The translations under genes were made by a program, and so were the position numbers. The notes under the pieces are model-generated. The model ran no database searches. It saw only the letters and a program-made list of their open reading frames with translations, and was not told the DNA's origin. A stretch of 64,000 bases of DNA from an uncultured Candidatus Binatia bacterium. GTDB lineage: Bacteria; Desulfobacterota; Binatia; UBA9968; JAJDTQ01. How positions within the stretch are numbered: position 1 is the first letter of the stretch; each line of letters starts with the position of its first letter. This document shows positions 28,775-38,155 of this stretch, in pieces. The DNA is taken from assembly GCA_965242525.1 (NCBI GenBank), contig OZ251459.1, positions 896,001 through 960,000 on the forward strand. The letters are read 5' to 3'.

Positions 28775-29775
28775 GCATTCCGAGAGTCAAGCGGTTCCAT
28801 GCGCTCGCCCTGGGCGCCGCGCTGTTCCTGTTCGCTTCCGGGCCGTCCGGGCAAGCTCTGGGCGCGGACCTTCCCGTGGTCGAGTTCGGCCTCCCGTCCG
28901 GCGGCGTGTTCGGCCTGGGCGGCCAGTACATGATCGACAAGAAGCTCGACCGCAAGCACGGCTTCGTGGCGAACCCGCGCTGGGGCGGCGTGGCCAACGT
29001 CGAGCGCCTCATCGCCATCGGCGCCATCCCGGTGGGCCTGGCCACCGCGGAATCGGCCCTGCGGGCCAACCTCAAGGGCATCCCCCTCAAGCTGGTGCAG
29101 CCCTACATGAGGACGTCCCACAACTACTTCCTCGTGCGCAAGGACTCCCCCTACAAGGACCTGATGGAGCTCCGGGGCAAGCCCATCGCCCTCACCCGCG
29201 AGGTGACGTCGCTCTACAACCTGTTCGATTTCGTCATGAGGAAGCAGGGGGTCTCCATCGAGAAGGACTTCCAGCTCAAGAAGCTCGGGGCCGCAGGCAT
29301 CCGGGCGGTCATGGAGAAGGGCGAGGTGGAAGGCGCGTGGCTGTGGGAGGCCCACGTCACCAAGCTCCTGGCCACGGGGAAATACCGCTCCATCTCCAAG
29401 CTGGGAGACGTGATCAACGAGGTCCAGAACAAGGACATCCACCTGTTCGGCTGGGTCGGCGCCGCGGACGAATGGGCCAGGAAGAACCCCGAGCTGATCG
29501 GCAAGATCCGGGCTGCCTGGCAGGAGATGATCGCGGGGGTGCAGAACGACCCCGAGCATTTCCGGAAATACGCCAAGAAGATCTTCGGGCTCGAAGGCGA
29601 GAAGGAAGTCGAACTGGGCTACGAGCGCACGAGGGTCTTCCTGCTTCCGGGCGACTTCCAGTGGCCCAACCCGAAGAACCTCGCCAACCAGAAGCAGTAC
29701 CTGAAGGACGGCATCGGCCTGGGCATATTCCCCAAGGAAGCCGAACCCTTCATCGACGGCATGTTCGTGAAATAG
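28771..29775 (+). CDS. NitT/TauT-type ABC substrate-binding protein
   Basis: Signal peptide, LVRKDSP..L.ELRGK.IA, GEVEGAWLWE; operon context. Confidence 0.88.
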   Translation: MSIPRVKRFHALALGAALFLFASGPSGQALGADLPVVEFGLPSGGVFGLGGQYMIDKKLDRKHGFVANPRWGGVANVERLIAIGAIPVGLATAESALRANLKGIPLKLVQPYMRTSHNYFLVRKDSPYKDLMELRGKPIALTREVTSLYNLFDFVMRKQGVSIEKDFQLKKLGAAGIRAVMEKGEVEGAWLWEAHVTKLLATGKYRSISKLGDVINEVQNKDIHLFGWVGAADEWARKNPELIGKIRAAWQEMIAGVQNDPEHFRKYAKKIFGLEGEKEVELGYERTRVFLLPGDFQWPNPKNLANQKQYLKDGIGLGIFPKEAEPFIDGMFVK

Positions 29776-29902
29776 CCTGCCCGGGCGGGAAGCCGCGCCG
29801 GAACGACCCCGGGGGCGCCCGGGGTTCGAGTCGGCGCAGCGCAGGACCGGGGAAACGCGCCTTCCCCCGGTCTTTCCCCACCGTCTTCCGGGAGCGCCGA
29901 AC

Positions 29903-30895
29903 ATGACCACGGGTACGACACTGGGCCGCCACCTGGCCGCGGAGGAGCAGTGGCGGAAGGACGCCGCTGGGGAGCTGTCCGCGCTCATCGAGCCGGTGGC
30001 GCTGGCGGGAAAGCGGCTCGCGCACGCCATCGACCGGGCCGCCCTGGCCGGCTCGCTGGGCCTGGCCGGGGACGAGAACGCCACCGGCGACGCCCAGAAG
30101 AAGCTCGACGTCATCGGCAACGAGATCGTCATGGACGCGTTCGCGGGCTCGGCGCTGGTGGCGGGCGTCGCGTCCGAGGAGCTGGACGAGGCGGTGGCCA
30201 TGAGCGCGGCGGACGACGCCCGCTACCTGCTGTGCACCGACCCCCTGGACGGCTCGTCCAACACCGACGTGAACGCCCCCCTGGGCACCATCTTCGGCAT
30301 ACTGCGCCGCCGCGGTTCCGGAGCGCTGTCCGCGGACGAGTTCCTGCAGCCGGGGTCGGAGCTCGTGGCCGCGGGCTACGTGCTCTACGGCGCCAGCACG
30401 GTGCTGGTCTATACGGTGGGGAGCGGCGTCCACGGGTTCACGCTGGACCGGGAGGCGGGCGAGTTCCTGCTGTCCCACGAGGACATCCGCTGCCCGGAGC
30501 AGGGGACCGTGTACAGCGCCAACGTGGGCCGCCACAAGGACTGGGAGCCGGGGGTGCGGAAGTTCCTGGACCACGTGACGGACCGGGACCGGGCCAGCGG
30601 CCGGCCCCACTCGCTGCGGTACTCGGGGGCCCTGGTGGCGGACCTGCACCGCTGCCTCCTGGACGGCGGCGTCTATTTCTATCCCGCGGACCCCGGCAAC
30701 CCGAACGGCAAGCTGCGCCTGCTCTACGAGTGCGCCCCGCTGGCCTGCGTGGCCGAGCAGGCGGGCGGCGCGGCCAGCACCGGCAGGGGACGGCTGCTGG
30801 ACGTGGCGCCCGAGTCCATCCACCAGCGCACCCCCGTGGCCATCGGCAGCGCCGGGAACGTGGCCCTGTACGAACGGTTCCTGGCGGAAGGATGA
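29903..30895 (+). CDS. fbp: Class 1 fructose-1,6-bisphosphatase
   Basis: QKKLDV, SEE, DPLDGSSN, RYSGALVAD, GKLRLLYECAP, HQRTP. Confidence 0.96.
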   Translation: MTTGTTLGRHLAAEEQWRKDAAGELSALIEPVALAGKRLAHAIDRAALAGSLGLAGDENATGDAQKKLDVIGNEIVMDAFAGSALVAGVASEELDEAVAMSAADDARYLLCTDPLDGSSNTDVNAPLGTIFGILRRRGSGALSADEFLQPGSELVAAGYVLYGASTVLVYTVGSGVHGFTLDREAGEFLLSHEDIRCPEQGTVYSANVGRHKDWEPGVRKFLDHVTDRDRASGRPHSLRYSGALVADLHRCLLDGGVYFYPADPGNPNGKLRLLYECAPLACVAEQAGGAASTGRGRLLDVAPESIHQRTPVAIGSAGNVALYERFLAEG

Positions 30896-30917
30896 TCCGC
30901 CCCGAGGAGGAGAACGG

Positions 30918-31841
30918 ATGACCGAGAGAGTACGAGAGGTGCTGAGCTGGTACGGGAGCGACAACCCCGGCACCCTGACCAACCTTGCCCGGATGCTCAA
31001 CCACGGCCGCCTCGCCGGCACCGGCAAGTTCGTCATACTGCCCGTGGACCAGGGTTTCGAGCACGGCCCCGCCCGGAGCTTCGCCCCCAACCCCGCGGGG
31101 TACGACCCGCGCTACCACTTCGAGCTCGCCCTGGACGCGGGCTGCAACGCGTACGCGGCGCCCCTGGGCTTCCTGGAGGCCGGGGCCCGGGAGTTCGCCG
31201 GCGAGGTCCCGCTCATACTCAAGCTCAACAACCACGACCTGCTGAACGACGAGACCGACCCGTTGCAGGCGGTCACCTCCAGCGTGTCCGACGCCTTGCG
31301 CCTCGGGTGCGTGGCCGTGGGCTTCACCGTCTATCCGGGGTCGGAGCACCGCTTCGAGATGTACCAGCAGGTCCGCGCTGTCGCCGAAGAGGCCAAGCGG
31401 AACGGCCTGGCGGTGGTGGTCTGGTCCTATCCCCGGGGCTCCGGACTCACCAAGGCGGGGGAGACGGCCATCGACGTGTGCGCCTACGCAGCCCAGATCG
31501 CGGCCCAGCTCGGGGCCCACGTCATCAAGGTGAAGTTCCCGGGCAAGAACGTCGAGCAGGACCCGGCGCGCAAGGTCTATGAGAAGGAAGGCGTGCCCAT
31601 CGAAGAGCCCGCGGACCGGATACGCCACGTGGTGCAGTCGGCCTTCGACGGCCGGCGCATCGTCATCTTCTCGGGCGGCCCCGCCACCACCGACGAGGCG
31701 CTGCTCGCCGAGATCCGGGCCATCCACCAGGGGGGCGGGTTCGGCTCCATCATCGGCCGGAACTCGTTCCAGCGGAGCAAGCCCGACGCCCTGGCGCTGC
31801 TCGACAGGGTGATGCGGATCTACGCCGGGGAAGCGGCCTGA
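30918..31841 (+). CDS. fbaB: Class I fructose-bisphosphate aldolase (DhnA family)
   Basis: GRLAGTG..ILPVDQGFEHGP, WSYPRG, LGAHVIKVK, GSIIGRN. Confidence 0.93.
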   Translation: MTERVREVLSWYGSDNPGTLTNLARMLNHGRLAGTGKFVILPVDQGFEHGPARSFAPNPAGYDPRYHFELALDAGCNAYAAPLGFLEAGAREFAGEVPLILKLNNHDLLNDETDPLQAVTSSVSDALRLGCVAVGFTVYPGSEHRFEMYQQVRAVAEEAKRNGLAVVVWSYPRGSGLTKAGETAIDVCAYAAQIAAQLGAHVIKVKFPGKNVEQDPARKVYEKEGVPIEEPADRIRHVVQSAFDGRRIVIFSGGPATTDEALLAEIRAIHQGGGFGSIIGRNSFQRSKPDALALLDRVMRIYAGEAA

Positions 31842-31909
31842 GCGGCGTCCGCGTTCGGGCTCGCGCGTTCGCTTGTGGTACGGACGAGCCTGTGCTAACC
31901 GTCCCGGTC

Positions 31910-32068
31910 ATGCCACTCCAGAGGAACATGGAAATCAGGCGGCGGCGCATGCGCCGGAAGCGGCTGGCCAAGCTACGCGTGAAGCTCCAGGGCGCCAGGA
32001 ACGAGCAGGCGCGCGCAAAAGTGCTGGCCAAGGCCTTCAGGATCTCTCCCACCGCCGTCCTGGAATAG
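31910..32068 (+). CDS. Small basic protein, DUF6800-like (52 aa, absent from ORF track)
   Basis: MPLQRNMEIRRRRMRRKRLAKLRVKL...KVLAKAFRISP; R/K-rich helix ending in RISP. Confidence 0.6.
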   Translation: MPLQRNMEIRRRRMRRKRLAKLRVKLQGARNEQARAKVLAKAFRISPTAVLE

Positions 32069-32104
32069 CCCCGGACCGCCTGCCGACGCCTCCCCTTCCG
32101 GTTT

Positions 32105-33550
32105 CTATATCTGCTCCACCACCCGATAGGCGCGGCTCTTGGGCTTGACCGGCGCCACCACGCCCAGCTTCACGAGGGCCCGGATCTCCCGGTAGGCGGT
32201 GTCCCGGTCCACCTCGGCGATGCGCTGGTAGTCCGCGGAAGAGAACAGCTTGTCGTGGGAGAGCGCGTACACCAGCAGCCGCTGCTGGCGCGGGTTCAGG
32301 CGGGTGCGGCCGAACTGGTTCAGCCATTGGAGGGTCTCGTCGTCGTAGATGGGGGTGTTGCGCAGGGTGACGGCGAAGAAGAACCCTTCGGTGGAGAACT
32401 CGGGCGGCCGCAGCGCGTTGTCCTCCATCTCCTGGAACATGCGCGGCACGCCTTCGCCCATCTCGCACACGTAGCCGAGGGCCGACAGCACCCGCACCAG
32501 CAGCGGGTTGCGCGAGAAGTGGACCCGCTGCCGCCGGTTTAGGTGCTCCAGGGTGACGGGCGAGGGCAGGGCGCCGGGGCTCCGTACCTCCAGGCGGTCG
32601 TCGAACATCCACACCTCGGTCTGCGCCCCGGTGATGCCGTAGTCCCGGTGGGCCACCGCGTTGATGATCGCCTCCTGCCAGGCGAACGACGGGTATTCGA
32701 GCCGCTCCCGGAAGAAGAGGTCGTGCCGCACCATGCGTTCGCGCAGGTGCTCCCGGATGCGTCCCACCGCCTCCTCGATGAGCATCCACAGGGGCTGCTC
32801 CACGCGCAGCCGTTTGAGCACGTTCAGGGACGCTCCGTACCGCCGTTCGGTGCCCTCGTACCTCACGAAGTCGATGCCGCAGCGCGGATGCCACCTCATG
32901 GGGTCCCGGGCGAACAGGAGCAGGGCGGCCATGGAAATCTCGGGCCGGTCGGCAGGGCCGCGCACTAGGTGGAACGTGTGCTCCAGCAGCGAGCGGCCGT
33001 CCGTGTCCGCGCGCACCCGTTCCGCGAAGGACTCCAGGGCGTCGGCGTCGAGGTCTTCCCATGTGGCGTTGTGGACCGGTTGCCGCTCGTAGGCGTACGA
33101 CAGCTTCGCGTCCTTCAGGAGACGGATCTGCGCGGGCGCCACCGCGGGGTTCTCCGTGGCGATGCGGTAGAAGGTCCTGCCCCGGGTCATGCGGCGGACC
33201 TCCAGGCCCGGGCCCACCTCGAACCGCAGCAGCAGCAGGTTGCCCAGGTCGATCCTTTCGAGCAGCGGATGGAGGGGCGGATGGAGCAGGTTCCGGGGCG
33301 CCTCGCTCAACTCCTGCACTTCGTGGTCGGAATAGGGCAGCCCGGTGATGCTCTTGTCGGGCTCCACCCCCACCAGGAGCGCGCCGCCGTCGGCGTTGGC
33401 CATGCCGTCGAGGATGCGCGCGACCTCCCGGGCGAGGTCCCGGGGCCGCTTGGTCTGGACCCCGCGCTTCCTGTGCTCGTAAGCGCTGACGAACTCGAAG
33501 AACTGGCCCCGGTCTTCCTTCAGGAGGGTCTCGAGCTCGCGTCCATGCAT
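32105..33550 (-). CDS. AlbA_2/Schlafen domain + RecG-C/HATPase_c_4 + HTH protein
   Basis: MANADGGALLVGV, EAIINAVAHRDY, DRLEVRSPG, RNP, EMGEG, C-terminal HTH. Confidence 0.88.
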   Translation of the reverse strand: MHGRELETLLKEDRGQFFEFVSAYEHRKRGVQTKRPRDLAREVARILDGMANADGGALLVGVEPDKSITGLPYSDHEVQELSEAPRNLLHPPLHPLLERIDLGNLLLLRFEVGPGLEVRRMTRGRTFYRIATENPAVAPAQIRLLKDAKLSYAYERQPVHNATWEDLDADALESFAERVRADTDGRSLLEHTFHLVRGPADRPEISMAALLLFARDPMRWHPRCGIDFVRYEGTERRYGASLNVLKRLRVEQPLWMLIEEAVGRIREHLRERMVRHDLFFRERLEYPSFAWQEAIINAVAHRDYGITGAQTEVWMFDDRLEVRSPGALPSPVTLEHLNRRQRVHFSRNPLLVRVLSALGYVCEMGEGVPRMFQEMEDNALRPPEFSTEGFFFAVTLRNTPIYDDETLQWLNQFGRTRLNPRQQRLLVYALSHDKLFSSADYQRIAEVDRDTAYREIRALVKLGVVAPVKPKSRAYRVVEQI

Positions 33551-33617
33551 GGTTGAACCCGGCGGCGGGGGGAAGGGTTGCGGCGTCCGGGCGGGACCGG
33601 ACCGAAAGCCGTTTCGT

Positions 33618-34769
33618 TCACGACGCGGCCTCCCCCTCCAGGCGAAGGACTTCATAGATGATCCGGGCCGCGGTCACAAGGTCGTTCACGTCCAGCCATT
33701 CGTGGACCGTGTGGATGTCGCGCATGCCGCTGGCCAGGTTGGCCACCTGGAGGCCCCTGCGGTTCAACACGTTGGCGTCGCAGCCGCCGCCCTTGGCGAC
33801 GGCGCCCAGGGAGAGTCCCAGGTTGCGGGCGGCCTCGTGGACGCGCCGGACGATGGGAGTGTCGGGGGAGACGTCCATGCGGTCGTACTCGCGTCGGACC
33901 GCGGATTCCACCCGCGCCCGGTGGGTGCGGCCGTCCAGCTCCAGCGCGGCGCCGGCCGCGGCCTCCTCCATGCACGCGACCATCTCCCGGGTCTGCCGTT
34001 CGAGCTTGGCCTCGTCGTGGCTGCGCACCTCGCCCGCGAGGGTCACGCGGTTGGGCACGATGTTCACGGCCGCGCCGCCGTCCACCAAGCCGAGGTTGGC
34101 GGTGGTCTCGTGGTCGATGCGCCCCAGCCGCATGGCGGCGATGCCCCGGGCCGCCGCCTGGATGGCGCTGATCCCCCGTTCGGGACAGATGCCGGCGTGG
34201 GCTTCCAGGCCGTGGACCTCGAACTCCAGGTGGTTGACCGCGGGCGCCCGGGTGACCAGCAGTCCCACCGCGTCGCTGTCGAGGACCAGTCCGGTGCGGG
34301 CGCGCAGGAGGCCCAGGTCCAGGTGCTTGGCGCCCAGGAGCCCCACCTCCTCGCAGATGGTGAAGACCACGTCCACGTCGCCGTGGGGCGTGCGGTCCTC
34401 GTCCAGGGACCGGACCGCCTCCAGGATGACGGCGATGCCGCTCTTGTCGTCGCCCCCGAGCACCGTGCGCCCGTCGCTGCGGATCACGTCTCCCTCCACC
34501 ACCGGAGTGATGCCTTCCCCGGGCGCCACCGTGTCCATGTGCGCGGACAGCAGGATCGGTTGGGCGCCGGCGGCGTTGCCGTGGAAATGGGCCACCAGGT
34601 TGCCCGTCTCGCCGCCCACCGCGGCCCCGGCGCCGTCCATGAAGACGCGGCCCCCCAAGGCCTCCAGCGCCCGCTTCAGGTGGGCCGCGATGGCGCCCTC
34701 CCGGCGGGACAGGCTGTCGATGCGCACCAGCTCCAGCACGCACTCCTTGAGACGCGCCTTCTGGATCAA
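33618..34769 (-). CDS. M20 metallopeptidase (peptidase T-like)
   Basis: SAHMDTV, LGGDDKSG, FTICEEVG, EAHAG, GGCDAN, IHTVHE. Confidence 0.92.
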   Translation of the reverse strand: MIQKARLKECVLELVRIDSLSRREGAIAAHLKRALEALGGRVFMDGAGAAVGGETGNLVAHFHGNAAGAQPILLSAHMDTVAPGEGITPVVEGDVIRSDGRTVLGGDDKSGIAVILEAVRSLDEDRTPHGDVDVVFTICEEVGLLGAKHLDLGLLRARTGLVLDSDAVGLLVTRAPAVNHLEFEVHGLEAHAGICPERGISAIQAAARGIAAMRLGRIDHETTANLGLVDGGAAVNIVPNRVTLAGEVRSHDEAKLERQTREMVACMEEAAAGAALELDGRTHRARVESAVRREYDRMDVSPDTPIVRRVHEAARNLGLSLGAVAKGGGCDANVLNRRGLQVANLASGMRDIHTVHEWLDVNDLVTAARIIYEVLRLEGEAAS

Positions 34770-34878
34770 GGAAAGCCCCCCTTCGTCCGGAACGCCGCGT
34801 GCGCCGCGGCCGCGGCCCGGTGGCGGTTCCATCCCACCGAGGTCTCCCTTCCTAGTCCAGTCGCCGGTTTTATGGAAG

Positions 34879-35049
34879 GGAAACCCCGGACGATTCCGGC
34901 TCGAACTCCCTCTCCCTGCGGGAAGGCGCGTCCTTCGACTCCGCTACGCTACGCTCAGGATGAATGGGGGGCTTCGCTACGCTACACTCGGGACGAACGG
35001 GAGGCTTCGCTACGCTCAGGACGAACAGGGATCATCGTTCAGGGTTTCC
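34879..35049. mobile_element. MITE 1 (16-bp TIRs, GAAG flanks, carries 3 REP units)
   Basis: ggaaaccccggacgat ... atcgttcagggtttcc; GAAG at 34875-34878 and 35050-35053. Confidence 0.65.
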
Positions 35050-35053
35050 GAAG

Positions 35054-35194
35054 GGAACCTCTGAACAATCGAGAGATCCGGGATGGATTCCCGATTCCCT
35101 CACCTTGACGCCCCTATTCCCGTTCGTCCTGAGCGTAGCGTAGCGAAGTCGAAGGACGCGCTCATGCCCCCTGTCCGGATCGTTCAGGGTTTCC
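35054..35194. mobile_element. MITE 2 (same TIRs, GAAG flanks, carries 1 REP unit)
   Basis: ggaacctctgaacaat ... atcgttcagggtttcc; GAAG at 35050-35053 and 35195-35198. Confidence 0.65.
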
Positions 35195-35203
35195 GAAGGG
35201 GAG

Positions 35204-35280
35204 TGGTGGCGGTGGCTGGACTTGAACCAGCGACGCCGCGGATATGAGCCGCGTGCTCTGACCAACTGAGCTACACCGCC
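35204..35280 (-). tRNA. tRNA-Met(CAT), elongator type
   Basis: GGCGGTG acceptor stem with G1-C72 pair, D-loop AGTTGGTCA, anticodon loop CTCATAT, GGTTCAAGTCC, encoded CCA; Ile2 not fully excluded. Confidence 0.95.
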
Positions 35281-35317
35281 GTCGTGGGTGGGGGAGCAGG
35301 GACGCCCGAAGACCTCC

Positions 35318-35346
35318 ATCATAGAACGCCGTCCGCGCACATGCAA
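35318..35346 (-). promoter_or_regulatory. Putative tRNA promoter
   Basis: Minus strand TTGCAT-17 nt-TATGAT. Confidence 0.55.
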
Positions 35347-35358
35347 GCCGGGGCTTCC

Positions 35359-35387
35359 TTGCAAAACCGGTCGGCTTTCACTATGGT
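35359..35387 (+). promoter_or_regulatory. Putative divergent promoter of the ADH operon
   Basis: TTGCAA-17 nt-TATGGT. Confidence 0.5.
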
Positions 35388-35500
35388 CAGCGGGAAACGG
35401 CCATTCCTCACGTACTCCTGGACCGGACGGGCCGGATCGGCAGGCCCTCCGCGCGCCCTTGGCGGCAGGCGCGGACGGGTCTCCGAAGGGAGGAGCCACC

Positions 35501-36538
35501 ATGCAGGGTTGGGTTACACACGCGTTCAACGACATGCGGCTGGAGGAGTTGCCGGACCCCGAACGCCGTCCCGGCTGGGCGGTGTTGAAGACCCGGGTGG
35601 TGCAGCCTTCGGTGACCGAAGTCCAGCTCTTCTACGGCGAGCGCTCCAACAGCTACGACAAGGTGAAGGCGAAGCTGGCCCGGGGTCCGGAGCCGCTGTT
35701 CGGCCACGAGTTCTGCGCCGAGATCGTGGAGGTCGAAGAGGACAACGGCTACGGCCTCGCCGCGGGCGACCGGGTGGGCGCGACCCACACCGAGCTGGGC
35801 ACCATCGGCCGGGACTTCCCCGGCCTGTTCTCCGAGTACGCCGCGGTGCCGCTGGACGCGCTGGCCAGGATCCCCGAAGGGATCAGCGACTGGGAGGTCT
35901 CGGCGCTCCAACCCCTGACGAGCTGCGTCCACAACGTCCAGGTGCTGGGGGTGACCCTGGGGGACACGGTGCTGGTGCTGGGCCAGGGGGTCATGGGCCT
36001 CAACTCGGCCCAGGCGGCCAAGGCCGCGGGCGCGGACACGGTCATCGGCACCGACCGCCGGGCGGACGTCCTGGAGCTGGCCCGGAACCTGGGCGTGGAC
36101 GTGACCATCGACGCCTCCCGGGAGAACGTGGTGGAGGCGGTCATGGACCTGAGCCGCGGCAAAGGCGTCCCCTTCGTCATCGAGGCCGCCAGCGGGAGCC
36201 CGCAGATGGGGCTGTCCGGGGGCGCCACCGTGTCGGAGGCGGTGGCGTGCGTGGCCCCCGGCGGCAAGGTGCTGAGCATCCCCCACTTCCACGAGCCCGT
36301 GACCCTGGACTTCAACTACCTCCGGGCCAAGCGGGTCACCTACATGTTCCCGCCGGAGCTGGCCCACCCCCGGGAGATGACCCTGGCCGCCCGGCTGGTG
36401 GCCCAGAAGCGCATCCGCATCGACCCCATGATTACCCACAAGCTGGAAGGCATCGAGAAGATGCCCGAGGCATTGGAGATCACCGCCAACAAGTCCCGGT
36501 ACGGCGCGTTGAACCCCGCGCAAGTGCGGTTCTCGTGA
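35501..36538 (+). CDS. MDR/zinc-binding-type dehydrogenase
   Basis: FGHEFCAEI, GLFSEY, VLGQGVMG, MITHK; RBS GGAGGAG. Confidence 0.88.
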   Translation: MQGWVTHAFNDMRLEELPDPERRPGWAVLKTRVVQPSVTEVQLFYGERSNSYDKVKAKLARGPEPLFGHEFCAEIVEVEEDNGYGLAAGDRVGATHTELGTIGRDFPGLFSEYAAVPLDALARIPEGISDWEVSALQPLTSCVHNVQVLGVTLGDTVLVLGQGVMGLNSAQAAKAAGADTVIGTDRRADVLELARNLGVDVTIDASRENVVEAVMDLSRGKGVPFVIEAASGSPQMGLSGGATVSEAVACVAPGGKVLSIPHFHEPVTLDFNYLRAKRVTYMFPPELAHPREMTLAARLVAQKRIRIDPMITHKLEGIEKMPEALEITANKSRYGALNPAQVRFS

Positions 36539-36587
36539 GGCGTGGACGGACCGGGAAGGACACTGGATCAACCTTGGAGGAGGCAAC

Positions 36588-37601
36588 ATGAACGTAAACG
36601 CCAGGATCATCGACGCGGACGGCCACGTCCGGGACCGGGACGCGGACATCCGCGCCCACATGGAAGAGCCCTGGAACAAGCGCCAGGGGTCGCTCCTGCC
36701 CACGGACGAGTGGGACTCGAGCATGTTCGGAACCCTGGGCATGGACATCACCGACGTGCCCACGCGCCTCCGGGACATGGACACGGAGGGGATCGAGGTC
36801 TCGGTGCTGTTCCCCACCGGCGCCTTCCACGTCAACCGGCTGCCCGAGAAGGCATACGCCGGGGCCTTTGCGCGCGCCTACAACAACTGGATCGCGGACC
36901 TGTGCAGCGAGGCGCCGGAACGCCTCAAGGCCATCGGCGTCGCGCCGTTCCAGGACGTGCCCGCGGCGGTGGCGGAAGTCAACCGCGCGGTGACGAAGCT
37001 CGGCGTGGCGGGCGTCACGGTGGGCACCTTCGGCATGAAGGAGCACCTGGGACAGGAGCTCTTCTGGCCCATCTACGAGGAGCTGGAGCGGCTCGACACG
37101 CCGCTGTTGATCCACAACTCGCGCTCGGGGCCCGCGGGGGAGAACCGCTTCGACACCTTCCTCTTCAAGCACACCATCGGCCGGCCCTTCGAGACCATGC
37201 TGGACTGCGCCGCGTTGATGTACGGGGGCGTGCCCGAGCGCTTCCCCAAGCTGCGCATCGCGTTCCTGGAGTGCGGCATCGGCTGGGTGCCCTACTGGAT
37301 GGACCGCATGGACGAGGAGTACGAGCACAGGCAGTCGGAGGCGCCGCTGCTCAAGGCCAGGCCCAGCGAGTACATGAAGGCGGGGAACTGGTTCTACGCG
37401 GCCGAGCCGGAGGAGGAGAGCCTGCCTTACGGCATCGAGCGGGTAGGGGAGAAGAACATCGTGTTCGCGTCGGACTACCCCCACTGGGACGGCATGTTCC
37501 CCAACGTGGTGAAGACCATCCGGGAGCGCACCGACATCTCCGAGGACATGAAGGCCAGATTCCTGGGAGAGAACGCGAAGCTGCTGTACGGCTGGAGCTA
37601 G
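36588..37601 (+). CDS. Amidohydrolase_2 family protein
   Basis: DADGHV, RAYNNW, FLECGIGW, ASDYPHWD. Confidence 0.92.
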   Translation: MNVNARIIDADGHVRDRDADIRAHMEEPWNKRQGSLLPTDEWDSSMFGTLGMDITDVPTRLRDMDTEGIEVSVLFPTGAFHVNRLPEKAYAGAFARAYNNWIADLCSEAPERLKAIGVAPFQDVPAAVAEVNRAVTKLGVAGVTVGTFGMKEHLGQELFWPIYEELERLDTPLLIHNSRSGPAGENRFDTFLFKHTIGRPFETMLDCAALMYGGVPERFPKLRIAFLECGIGWVPYWMDRMDEEYEHRQSEAPLLKARPSEYMKAGNWFYAAEPEEESLPYGIERVGEKNIVFASDYPHWDGMFPNVVKTIRERTDISEDMKARFLGENAKLLYGWS

Positions 37602-37615
37602 CGCCGGGGCCCCGA

Positions 37616-38098
37616 GTGAAACTGACACCCAGGACGGGCTTCAGCCTGCTGGTCCTCGTCTTCTTCGGCTACCTGGTGTGGGAGGCCCGGGAGTGGCGCC
37701 TCCAGGCGCGCCTCTACCCGTGGAGCATCGGCATCCCCATGATCGTCCTGGCCCTGTTCAACCTCTTCCAGGAGCTCAGGGGCAGGGAGGAGGGGTCGGA
37801 GGACGCCCCCGCGGACTTCCAACTGACCCGGACCGTGGACGGAGCCGCGGCGGTCAGGCGCACCACCAACATCCTCTGCTGGATCCTCGGGTTCCTCGCG
37901 GGCATCTGGCTCGCGGGGTTCTCCGTGACCGTGGCCGCCATGACCTTCGGCTACCTGAAGGTACAGTCGAAGGAAGGGTGGGGGATGTCGCTGGCGCTCA
38001 CGGCCGCCGCGTGGGTGATCTACTGGGGGCTGTTCGAGCGGACGCTGCTGCTGCCGTTCCCCGAAGGCATGGTCTTCCGCTGGCTGGGCGCGGAGTGA
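37616..38098 (+). CDS. Tripartite tricarboxylate transporter TctB
   Basis: Four TM helices, ARLYP, LFE..L.LPFPEG tail; context with TctC/TctA. Confidence 0.85.
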   Translation: MKLTPRTGFSLLVLVFFGYLVWEAREWRLQARLYPWSIGIPMIVLALFNLFQELRGREEGSEDAPADFQLTRTVDGAAAVRRTTNILCWILGFLAGIWLAGFSVTVAAMTFGYLKVQSKEGWGMSLALTAAAWVIYWGLFERTLLLPFPEGMVFRWLGAE

Positions 38099-38155
38099 AC
38101 CGTGGACGGGCGAGAGAATCGAGTCGTGTTCCAAACAACTGCACGGAGGTACGTC

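Noticed and set aside
29790-29860. Possible tRNA (GGTTCGAGTC)
   Set aside because: No D-arm, anticodon arm or acceptor pairing around the T-loop-like motif.
34927-35030. CRISPR-like repeats near the tRNA
   Set aside because: These are adjacent copies of the dispersed REP unit without 30-40 nt spacers.
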